64,000 bases of DNA from Bryobacterales bacterium. Its GTDB lineage: Bacteria; Acidobacteriota; Terriglobia; Bryobacterales; UBA6623. The notes below the pieces were generated by a model. It was given only the letters and a program-made list of their open reading frames with translations. It had not been told where the DNA came from and ran no database searches. This document shows, piece after piece, positions 42,155-51,880 of the stretch; within the stretch, counting starts at the first letter, position 1; every line of letters begins with the position of its first letter. Location: contig OY729428.2 of NCBI GenBank assembly GCA_963422375.2, positions 448,001 to 512,000 on the forward strand, read 5' to 3'. A program made the translations under genes and the position numbers.

Positions 42155-44932
42155 ATGCGCTTTTCCTGGCACGAGATCCGCAGCCGCGCAGCAGCATTCG
42201 CGAGGGAGTGGGCCGGAGAGGGCTACGAGAAGGGGCAGACACAGCTCTTCTACCGCGACTTCTTCGACGTCTTCGGCGTATCCGTCCGCCGCCTAGCGGC
42301 CTTCGAGGAGCCAGTCCGCAAGCTCGGCGACTGGCGCGGCTACGTCGACCTGTTCTGGAAGGGGGTGCTCCTCGTCGAGCAGAAGAGCGTCGGACGCAGC
42401 CTCGCCCGCACCAAGGAACAGGCCCTCGACTACTTCCCCAATCTCAAGGACTGGGAACTGCCGCGCTACCTCCTTCTGAGCGACTTCCAGTCCTTCGAAC
42501 TCCACGACCTCGAACAAGGCACTGTATCGGCATTCCCTCTCGCCGACCTCCCTTCCCGGACCGAGGAGTTCGGGTTTCTCCTCGGCATCCAGAAGCGTCC
42601 ATTCCAGGAGCAGGACCCGGTCAACATTGCAGCGTCCGAGCTCGTCGGCGGGCTGTTCGATCTGCTTCGCGAGGCCTGTCGCGACGGCGAAGAACTCGAG
42701 CGCTTCCTCGTCCGCCTCGTCTTCTGCCTCTTCGCTGACGACACCGGCATTTTCGAACCTAGGGACGTCTTCGCTGACCTCGTCGAGCACCGCACCCGCG
42801 AGGACGGCTCCGACCTCGGTCGACTCCTAGCCGAGGTCTTTCAAATCCTCAACACTCCCCACGACCGCCGTTCCGCCGCGCTAGATCCAGACCTCGCCGG
42901 CCTGCCCTATGTCGACGGCGAGCTCTTCGAGGAGAGGCTGCTCGTCCAGTCCTTCGATGCCCGCATGCGCCGACGCCTTCTGGAGACCTGCGCCTTCGAC
43001 TGGTCGCAGATCTCCCCGGCCGTGTTCGGGTCCCTCTTCCAGTCCGTGATGGACCCGCAGCAGCGCCGCCGGCAGGGCGCCCACTACACCACCGAGCGCA
43101 ACATCCTCAAGGTCATCGAGCCCCTCCTGCTCGACGTCCTGCGCGCCCAGTTCGCCCGCCTCAAGGCCCGCCGCGACAGCCGCCGCCGCGTCGAGCTGGC
43201 CGCCTTCCAGCAGCGTCTCGGCACGATTCGCTGCTTCGACCCCGCCTGCGGCTGCGGCAACTTCCTCGTTATTGCCTACCGCGAATTGCGCCTGCTGGAA
43301 ATCGAGGTCATCCGCGAACTGCGCAACCACGCCGCTGTCCCCGGCCAGCAGGTCATCGACGCGCCCGCCCTGTCGCTAATCGACGTGGACCAGTTCTACG
43401 GCATCGAGCTCGGGGAGCTACCGGCCCGCATCGCCGAGACGGCGCTGTGGATGATGGACCACATCATGAACAACCGGCTCAGCCTGGAATTCGGGCAGAG
43501 CTACGTCCGCATCCCCCTGCGCACTTCGTCGCGGATCGTGCAGGCCGACGCCTTGGAGACGGACTGGGAGTCGGTCCTCAAACCCGAGCGCTGCACCTGT
43601 GTGCTAGGCAATCCGCCGTTCGCGGGCGCGAAGCTGCAGAGCGAGCGGCAGCGCGCCCAAGTACGGCAGCTCGCCGGGCTAGGCCCGAACGGCGGGACGC
43701 TCGACTACGTCGCGGCATGGTTCCTCAAGGCAGGCGAGTACGTGCGGCGCGGGGCGGCCCGCATCGGCTTCGTGGCGACCAACTCCCTGACGCAGGGCGA
43801 GCAGGTGGCCCAGCTGTGGCCCGCGCTCTACGAGCGATTCGGTCTCGAGATCAGCTTCGCCCACCGCACGTTCGCGTGGGGCTCCGACGCCCGAGGCATG
43901 GCGCACGTGCATGTCGTTGTCCTTGGCCTCGCCAAGGCCAGCCAGGTTCCCAAGGTCAAACGGCTCTACTCCTACCCGGACATCAAGGGCGAACCCAGCG
44001 AGAGCCGCCACCGGGCGCTGTCCCCGTACATCTTCAGCGCGGACGGCCTACCGGATCCGCATGCCGTAGTGCGGGAGTCGGCGCGCCAGCTCAACGGGCT
44101 CCCGCAGATGCGCAACGGTTCGCAGCCGATCGACGACGGCAACTACATCCTGACCGAGGAACAGCGCAGCGCGCTGGTTGCCGAAGATCCGCGCATCGCA
44201 ACCTTCCTGCGCCCGTACGTGGGAGCGCAGGAACACATCCGAGGGAACCGCCGCTGGATTCTCTTCCTGCGGGACGCGTCGCCTGCGGACCTCAGAGCGA
44301 TGCCCGGCGTGGTGGAGCGGATGCGGGCCGTCAGGAAGTATCGCAGCCAGAGCAAACGCAAGAGCACTCTTGCCCTAGCAGACTTGCCGGCACGATACAA
44401 TGTCGAGGTCGTCCCAGCCGCTCCGTTTCTCGTAGTGCCGCGCGTGAGTTCCGAGAGACGCGAATACATTCCGCTCGGATGGGAGCAGCCGCCCGCGATT
44501 CCTAGCGACGCTGTACTGATCATCGAGAACGCCTCCGTCCCGGTGTTCGGCCTGCTCACCTCAGCCCTGCACATGAGCTGGCTGCGGAATATTGCGGGAA
44601 GGCTCAAGAGTGACTATCGCTATTCGATTGGACTCGTCTACAACACCTTTCCGACGCCTTACGAGGCCCTAGCAAGGCTCGAGAGCCTGGAACCTCTCGC
44701 GCAGTCCGTGCTTGATGCACGCGCACGGCACGCCGACTGCACGCTGGAAGATCTGTACGATCCGGATCTCATGCCCGACAATCTCAGGGAAGCGCATCGC
44801 GACCTTGACCGGGCAGCGGATAAACTATATCGCAACAAGCAGTTCGCGTCCGATACCGAGCGCTTCGAGCATCTCATTGCCCTGTACGCAGCCTCAGCCT
44901 CCCGGGCCAACGCTGGATCCGACAAGATCTGA
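42155..44932 (+). CDS. MmeI-like type IIL fused restriction endonuclease / N6-adenine methyltransferase
   Basis: N-terminal VDLFWKGVLLVEQKS nuclease motif, GAHYT, FDPACGCGNF, GNPPF, GRLKSDYRYS...YNTFP, LYDPDLMP. Confidence 0.93.
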   Translation: MRFSWHEIRSRAAAFAREWAGEGYEKGQTQLFYRDFFDVFGVSVRRLAAFEEPVRKLGDWRGYVDLFWKGVLLVEQKSVGRSLARTKEQALDYFPNLKDWELPRYLLLSDFQSFELHDLEQGTVSAFPLADLPSRTEEFGFLLGIQKRPFQEQDPVNIAASELVGGLFDLLREACRDGEELERFLVRLVFCLFADDTGIFEPRDVFADLVEHRTREDGSDLGRLLAEVFQILNTPHDRRSAALDPDLAGLPYVDGELFEERLLVQSFDARMRRRLLETCAFDWSQISPAVFGSLFQSVMDPQQRRRQGAHYTTERNILKVIEPLLLDVLRAQFARLKARRDSRRRVELAAFQQRLGTIRCFDPACGCGNFLVIAYRELRLLEIEVIRELRNHAAVPGQQVIDAPALSLIDVDQFYGIELGELPARIAETALWMMDHIMNNRLSLEFGQSYVRIPLRTSSRIVQADALETDWESVLKPERCTCVLGNPPFAGAKLQSERQRAQVRQLAGLGPNGGTLDYVAAWFLKAGEYVRRGAARIGFVATNSLTQGEQVAQLWPALYERFGLEISFAHRTFAWGSDARGMAHVHVVVLGLAKASQVPKVKRLYSYPDIKGEPSESRHRALSPYIFSADGLPDPHAVVRESARQLNGLPQMRNGSQPIDDGNYILTEEQRSALVAEDPRIATFLRPYVGAQEHIRGNRRWILFLRDASPADLRAMPGVVERMRAVRKYRSQSKRKSTLALADLPARYNVEVVPAAPFLVVPRVSSERREYIPLGWEQPPAIPSDAVLIIENASVPVFGLLTSALHMSWLRNIAGRLKSDYRYSIGLVYNTFPTPYEALARLESLEPLAQSVLDARARHADCTLEDLYDPDLMPDNLREAHRDLDRAADKLYRNKQFASDTERFEHLIALYAASASRANAGSDKI

Positions 44933-45121
44933 TTCATCGCTCCGACGTAGGCAGAGTACTTGGATAATGGAGAATATCGGTTCTTTCGTATCTTCGTATC
45001 GGCTTGTGGACTGACTTGGATGGATCGGATTCTAGCCACCAACTGGACGAATAGTCGACACATATACGAGGCGCTTGATGACGGACAGCCATCGTACTCT
45101 CTGGATTCTCAACCTAGGCTA

Positions 45122-46991
45122 GTGCTTGTGACAAAACCCTGATATTTTGGGTATTCTAGCTGATAGATCCCCACCAAATGATAGCTATGGAAGAAACAGG
45201 CTGCGCCAATTACCCGAACTCATTGCCTCATATTCCATTTTCATTGTGAGGATACAGTTAGTTCTGTTCTAGTTGTACACTTTTCCTCAACCTTGTCTCT
45301 TCAAGGTTTCAATTCAGGGCAATTCAGATCGCTGCCGACTGCCTATGCAGCCAGCGGCAAGGGTCCCGTCTTGAGACGCTCCCTCTCTCTGTCGCGCTCT
45401 CTGTCGCGCACGATCCGGCCCACTCGATGCACGTTCGCCGCCAGGACCGCCAGCCCGATCATCCGCTCGAATCCCTCCGCTCCCCGGTCCGTCACCCTGT
45501 CCGGACCGCGGCACTCGAGATTGTTGATCGCGGATTCCACGGCCGGGTGCGCCTGCCTCGCTGCCACGAATTCGGGCGCGCCTTCCGTCTCCTTCGCCGC
45601 CTTCGACAGCCTCCCCTTCCGCGGCATCGCGTGGCAAGACAGCAGTTCCGCCAAGCGCGTCCGGTTCGCCGGGCTGCGAAAGCCCTTGTCGAAGCTGCAG
45701 CTCGACAACCCCGCGTACAGCCCCTGCGCCCCCTCGACTATTCCCACCGCTACGTCCGCGTCGCTCCCCTTCCACATCACTTCGTGATTCATCACGAATC
45801 GGTGCTCGCTTTCCACGATGCATGCCGGAACGCCCGGCTCCACCGGCACCCCCGCTTTTCCTTTCACGCACCAGCGCGTGTGTTCCTCGAAGATCGAGAA
45901 CACTTTCTCCTCGTGCGGGATCTTCTCCCCCCGCAGCACGCGCCGCTCCACCGGGTCCGCCAGGAGCTGCACGCACCCGAGGTAACTCCTTGCCGCTCCC
46001 AAGGTTCCCTCGTCTTCCCCGGCCCGCTCCAGGGCCGCCAGCGCACCCTCCGCCCGCCGCGCTATCTCCAGGGCCGCCTCCAGGTACGACCGCACCCTCT
46101 CCGGGTTGCCTTTCCTCCTCTTCGCCTGCCGCACCCGGTTGAATTCCTGCTTCAGCGTCTTCGGCAGCCGCGCGCTCTGCCGCCAGCCGGCGATGCCGCG
46201 CCCCTTGCACAGCGGCGCAATAGAGCGAATCAGGCAGCGCAACGCGTCCCGCAGCAGACTCACGTCCGTCGGGCAATGCACGTTCGTTTCCACCGCGAAA
46301 GAGTCGCACCGCGCCTTCAGCGGATCGCCTTCCTCGCACCCCGCCAGCGCGTGCCCCTCCTGCGCGACCAGCCGATTGATTTCCGCGAGGAGGTCGGGCG
46401 TGAGAAGCTTCGGATTCCGGTTGACTGTCCGGTAGCTGAACACCTGCTCGTCGAGCGTCGCGTTCAGACCGAGGAAGCGCCGGACGTCCGCGTGCTTGTT
46501 CGCCAGCTCCGTCACGCGGCCGCAGTCGCAATTCAATCCCTGCTTGAGCAGGCCCGGGACGAGAATGTTCCACAGCTGCATGCCAGGACGACCGACAGCA
46601 GGGTTGATCCTGCCGGACTCGCCTGCGGAAGGATCGCTTCCGTTCTCGCCGTTCCCGCCGTTCCCGCTACTCTCGCCGAGGCCGAGGATACGGCTCTCGA
46701 GCAGTCCGAAAACCCTGTCCCGCAACTCCTCGGTGCGATAGATGAATTGTATTCCTAGCAAGATGGCCGGGATATCGTCGCGGGAACGGACGTCGAGATC
46801 GATATCCTCGATTGCAGTCCGGCCAAGGGTGAGCTGGATCTCCTGAACGGTCCTCACGGGCGGTTCCTCAACGAAGATTGTCGCTTGACCGCCGGAAGCG
46901 CGCAAGCCGGCCCGGATCGCCCCGATCTTCGTCCCACGGACCTGCTGCAACCGCCCGGAAACTAAGGGCTTGCGCGTTCTGTCACAAGCAC
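45122..46991 (-). mobile_element. ISNCY-type insertion sequence
   Basis: 16-bp IRs GTGCTTGTGACA(A/G)AAC; 7-bp target duplication TAGGCTA (45115-45121, 46992-46998). Confidence 0.9.
45343..46857 (-). CDS. ISNCY-family DDE transposase (open frame, probably damaged)
   Basis: SRDDIP, GRPGM, CDSFAVETNVHxPTD, KIPHEEKVFSIFE, SFDKGF, AVESAINNLE. Confidence 0.85.
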   Translation of the reverse strand: MRTVQEIQLTLGRTAIEDIDLDVRSRDDIPAILLGIQFIYRTEELRDRVFGLLESRILGLGESSGNGGNGENGSDPSAGESGRINPAVGRPGMQLWNILVPGLLKQGLNCDCGRVTELANKHADVRRFLGLNATLDEQVFSYRTVNRNPKLLTPDLLAEINRLVAQEGHALAGCEEGDPLKARCDSFAVETNVHCPTDVSLLRDALRCLIRSIAPLCKGRGIAGWRQSARLPKTLKQEFNRVRQAKRRKGNPERVRSYLEAALEIARRAEGALAALERAGEDEGTLGAARSYLGCVQLLADPVERRVLRGEKIPHEEKVFSIFEEHTRWCVKGKAGVPVEPGVPACIVESEHRFVMNHEVMWKGSDADVAVGIVEGAQGLYAGLSSCSFDKGFRSPANRTRLAELLSCHAMPRKGRLSKAAKETEGAPEFVAARQAHPAVESAINNLECRGPDRVTDRGAEGFERMIGLAVLAANVHRVGRIVRDRERDRERERLKTGPLPLAA

Positions 46992-47554
46992 TAGGCTATC
47001 CCAAACTGACCAAGAGTATCGCGTCGAAGCCCGAGCCAAGGCGGAACGTGTGGGCCGATCCGGGCCGACGGGCTGGCCGTAGCGCTCTCGGAAGAGCTTG
47101 TGGCGAGCCGTCGCGGATTGATGGATCGGGCCCTCCGTGCAGGCATGTTACCGCGCGTGACGGTGCCGCCCGCGGTAGCGGCTCGCTTGCGTACGACCGG
47201 CACCCTTGACCCTGCCGATTCGGCTGGCGCCCGGCACGCTGGCAATCCGGCGCGTCGCAGCGGGTCCGATGCGGGCTTGCCGAACTCGGCGGAACCCAGC
47301 CCGCTGGGACGGGCACCTGGAGCGGTGCGGTCACCGCCGGTGAGGCCGATTGACTGCGACGGCTGCAGCCACCGTCCTTGGAACCCGGACCAGGCAGTTG
47401 CGCACAACCCGGGGCTCGGACAACCGTAGCTTCGGCCAGACAGCCGACGCACGAGCCGCTAAGCGGCGTCACGGATGCCTGCGATTCCAGCGCCCCGCGT
47501 GGCGGGCACCAATGCCGGCGAATGCCTGCGGATCTAGGCCCCTGCCGGGCGCGA

Positions 47555-48070
47555 AGGTAGAGTCGGCAGGATCGCGTCGACCATGCGCAGGTCCGTATCG
47601 GGCCCCCCCACGCAGTTGAGCTCCTCGATTAGCGCCCCGAACGCCTTGTCGCGGGCCCGCGAGGAGCGCTCCGGCAGGCGGATGGCGAGAGTGCCTGCAG
47701 CCAAGTCCGGCTGCTGGCTGGCAGCGCTGCGGAACAGCGCCTGCAGCAGCTCGCGGGCCATCTCGGGCTTGCCAAGCTCGGGCGCGACCGCCATGGCCGT
47801 CTCCGCCGGTACGCCACCATACCCACGGCTTCGAGCAGGTGGCGCATCGGCTGGGGCACGGCTTCCAAGCGGTCCTCTGGGTCCAGTGTGCTTTCCAAGG
47901 CGTGCTCCTCGCAGTGCCGCACGCCCCACTCCAAGCCCCTCACCAGCGTTTCGACCGCGACGATCTCGGCTCTCAGCCGCCGGGCCTTGTTGTTGCCAGT
48001 GTCGTCTTCCCTGGCCAGCCGGGTGCGCAAGGTGTACAAGTGGCCCCGGCAGCAAGAGAGCTGCCGCTTG
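47555..48070 (-). pseudogene. C-terminal relic of a putative transposase
   Basis: Frameshifted MRHLLEAVGMVAYR/AETAMA...ARELLQALFRS...PDLAAGTL...LIEELN...PDTDLRM, resembling a known transposase C-terminal signature. Confidence 0.6.
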
Positions 48071-48101
48071 ACTCACCGGTCCAGTTGCAGCCGCGGCGCC
48101 T

Positions 48102-49007
48102 CTAGAGCACGGGCTCGAAGCGAGCCATCAGCGTCTCAAGTTCCTTGACCTCTTCCGGGCGGATTTCGGGAAGGGGAGGGCGCACGGGACCGGCCGGCTT
48201 TCCCAAGATCTCCATTGCCTTCTTCATCACGCTCACCTCGTACCCCTTGCGCCGGGCGCGCATGGCGTAGAGCGGCAGCACGTAGTTCCTCATCAGGCGT
48301 CCGAGGCTCGGGTAGTCAAGCATCGAGGCTCGCTCGTGCAGTTGGAGCGAGAGACGCGGCGCGATCGTGGCAATGCTCGAAGTGTAGGTCCGAATGCCGA
48401 TCGAGTAGTAGCCCGGCACCATGTCGTCGCCGATGCCGCCGATCCAGTGCAGCCGGTCTCGGCACCGCTCCATGACGCGCTGGTAGTTGCGGATATCCCC
48501 CTGCCCCTCCTTGAGCGCGACTAGATTGGGGATCTCCTGGGTCAAGCGAAACACCTGGGACGGGGTGAGGTTGACCGTATCCCGGGAGTAAAGGAAGAGA
48601 CCTAGGTCGACGGCGCTGCCGATCGCCTGGTAGTACCGCAGTAGACCCTCGAAATCCGCGTGCGGGTAATAGGGCGGGAACATCAGGATTCCGTCAGCGC
48701 CGGCGGCTTGGGCCCTCTTGGCGAGCTCCACTGACAGACCGCCGCCGAAACCGACGCCCGCGATCACTGGCGTCCGTCCGCCCGCCTCCACGACCGTGGC
48801 CTCGACCAGCTGCAGGTGCTCGTCCGGAGTAAGCGAGTACAGCTCGCCAGTGCCTCCGGCGGCAACCACGGCGCACAGCGGGAACTTCACCATGGCGGCA
48901 ACATTGGTGCGATAGCCGTCGATGTCGAGGGTGTAGTCCGCCTTGAAGTTGGTGACCGGAAAGGCGATCACACCTTCCAAGCCGCCGCGAAGTTCCGATG
49001 GCGTCAT
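48102..49007 (-). CDS. kdgD: 5-dehydro-4-deoxyglucarate dehydratase (DapA family)
   Basis: GVIAFPVT, AAGGTGELYSL, ADGILMFPPY, NLVALKEGQGD, KGYEVSVMK. Confidence 0.82.
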   Translation of the reverse strand: MTPSELRGGLEGVIAFPVTNFKADYTLDIDGYRTNVAAMVKFPLCAVVAAGGTGELYSLTPDEHLQLVEATVVEAGGRTPVIAGVGFGGGLSVELAKRAQAAGADGILMFPPYYPHADFEGLLRYYQAIGSAVDLGLFLYSRDTVNLTPSQVFRLTQEIPNLVALKEGQGDIRNYQRVMERCRDRLHWIGGIGDDMVPGYYSIGIRTYTSSIATIAPRLSLQLHERASMLDYPSLGRLMRNYVLPLYAMRARRKGYEVSVMKKAMEILGKPAGPVRPPLPEIRPEEVKELETLMARFEPVL

Positions 49008-49174
49008 ACCGTCCATTGTGGCACCGGCCGAACTTGTGCCGGGCTGCCGAACTTCTGTCGGAACGCACGTCGCATCCGATGGCCCTGCAAATCCGATGCA
49101 GTACGCTTGATGGAGCACTGCCACGATCCCGTCCGGCCGAGCGAGGATTCCCACCGTCCCGCTAGAGGCACTGC

Positions 49175-51247
49175 ATCCGCCTGTCCTGGTACGAGATCCG
49201 CAGCCGCGCGGCAGCATTTGCGCGCGAATGGGAGGGGGAAGACTACGAAAAGGGGCAGACCCAGCTCTTCTATCGGGCCTTATTCGATGTCTTCGGCGTG
49301 TCGGTCCGACGCCTCGCCGGCTTCGAGGAGCCAGTCCGCAAGCTCGGCGACCGCCGCGGCTACGTCGACCTGTTCTGGAAGGGCGTGCTCCTCGTCCAGC
49401 AGAAGAGCACCGGAGGCAGCCTCGCCCGGGCCAAGGAACAGGACCTCGAATACTTCCCCTACCTCAAGGGCTGGGAACTCCCGCGCTATGTCCTCCTCAG
49501 CGACTTCCAGTCCTTCGAGCTCCATGACTTGGACCAAGGCTCGGTATCGGCCTTCGCCCTAGCCGACTTCCCCGGCCATGTCGAGGAGTTCGAATTCCTC
49601 CTTGGGATCGAGAAGCGCTCCTTCAAGGACCAAGACCCTGCCAACATCCAAGCGTCCGAACTGGTCGGCGGCCTCTACGACCTGCTCCGAGCGGCTTCCC
49701 GCGACGGCGCCGAACTTGAGCGCTTCCTCGTCCGCCTCGTCTTCTGCCTGTTCGCCGACGACACCGGCATTTTCGGACCTAGGGACGTCTTCTCCGACCT
49801 CGTCGAGCACCGCACCCGCGAGGACGGCTCCGACCTCGGCCGACTCCTAGCGGAGGTCTTCCAAGTTCTCGACACGCCGCCCGAGCGCCGTTCCGCCTCC
49901 CTCGATCCCGACCTCGCGGGCCTGCCCCACGTCGACGGCGATCTATTCCGAGAGCACCTGCCCATCCAGTCCTTCGATACATCCATGCGCCGTCGCCTGC
50001 TGGAGGCCTGCGCCTTCGATTGGTCGCAAATCTCCCCTGCCGTCTCCGGGTCCCTCTTCCGGTCCGTAATGGACCCGCGGCAGCGCCGGCGGCAAGGCGC
50101 CCACTACACCACCGAGCGCAACATCCTCATGGTCATCGAGCCCCTCCTGCTCGACGACCTGCGCGCCCAGGGGAGCTGCCGGCCCGCATCACCGAGACGG
50201 CGCTGTGGATGATGGACCACATCATGAACAACCGGCTCAGCCTGGAATTCGGGCAGAGCTACGTCCGCATCCCTCTGCGCGCTTCGTCGCGGATCGTGCA
50301 GGCCGACGCCTTGGAGACGGACTGGAAGAGGGTCCTCGAGCCCGACCGCTGCACCTGCGTGCTGGGCAATCCGCCCTTCGCAGGCGCGAAGCTGCAGAGC
50401 GAGCGGCGGCGCGCCCAAGTGCGGCAGCTCGCGGGGCTGGGCCCGAGCGGCGGCACGCTCGACTACGTGCCGGCATGGTTCTTGCAGGCAGGCGAGTACG
50501 TGCGGCGGGGCTCGGCCCGCATCGGCTTCGTGGCAACCAACTCCCTGACGCAGGGCGAGCAGGTGGCCCAGTTGTGGCCCGCACTGTACGAGCGATTCGG
50601 ACTTGAGATCAGCTTCGCCCACCGCACCTTCGCGTGGGGCTCCGACGCGCGCGGCATGGCGCATCTGCATGTCGTGGTGATCGGCCTCGACAAGGCTGAC
50701 CAAGCGCCAAAGGTCAAGCGCCTGTACTCCTATCCGGACAGCAGGGGCGAGCCCAGCGAGAGCCGCCACCAGGCGCTCTCGCCGTACCTAGTGGGAGCGG
50801 ACGGCTTGCCCGACCCCCATGCGGTCGTGCGCGAGACGTCCCGGCAGGTCGGCGGGCTGCCGCCGATGCGCAGCGGGTCGCAGCCCATCGACAACGGCAA
50901 CTTCATCTTTGACGAAGCAGAGCGAGCGGCTTTCCTCGCCGAAGAGCCGGGCGCGGCGCGGTTCCTGCGCCCGTTCGTCGGGAGCCACGACTTCCTGCGC
51001 GGCGAGAGGCGCTGGATCCTAGCGCTGCAAGACGCCTCCCCCGAGGAACTCAAGAGCATGCCACGAGTGATCGAGAGAACCCGGGCAGTGCGGACGTTCC
51101 GGAAGCGGAGCCGAAGGAACGGACCGAGCAGTTGACCGGCTATACCGGAGGAGGAATCGTTTTGCGTCCGATGCGGAGAGATTCAAGCATCTCTTAACTC
51201 TGCACACGGCCGCGATTACACCGTTTTTCCACACAGATAAGAATTGA
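49175..51247 (+). pseudogene. Second, silent MmeI-like R-M paralogue
   Basis: Start ATG has become ATC (49175). About 260 bp covering methyltransferase motif I are deleted at ~50170. A second deletion at ~51120 precedes the retained tail DRAVDRLY...FASDAERFKHL. Confidence 0.92.
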
Positions 51248-51880
51248 TATTTTGGAATTATCCATCGAGATATTGGGAGATAATTCACGCCAATCTAGCA
51301 GCATATACATGAGAGTTATGCGCTAATATTCCACTCAAGTGTCGGCCCCATGGCGTCACACATAGGAGTCTTTCATCTGGTGGAATCTACCTTCTAGATC
51401 ACTCTTGCCAGTGCCGATGTTCCAGGGCGAACGCAGCGTCGTCCGGGGCGTGAGGGCTAACTGATCAGTTTGATATACGGAGCGATTTCCGCGCCGGTCG
51501 ACGCGAAACCCCTCAGGCCCGCCCGGAGCGTTGCTCCTCAGTCAATGCGGGACGCTCGCGACATGCAGTCCGGCAGCTGCCTGGCGATCTCTGCAATCCG
51601 GATCTGCGGCAGCGAGATCTGAATACGGCGCAGCGCGAGCTAGCGCGAGCTAGATCGAGGGGTGGATCGGCTCGATCGACGCAGGCCCTCCGCTTCCGGC
51701 ACGGAACCGCTCCGGCAACTCCCGGGGCGGCGCGCGGCGACTCTCAAATCAACAGACAGGCAAGGACTCGCAGGCGGGCACTCTCGGCCAATGCGGCGGG
51801 CACCGGCAAATTAGCGCCCGGCGAGCCCTGCAACATGCGATTTCGCGCGGATCCCGGGGGATTCCTCCTGTACGATACAG

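Noticed and set aside
51633..51652. GCGCGAGCTA x2 tandem duplication
   Set aside because: Too short and isolated to support a function.
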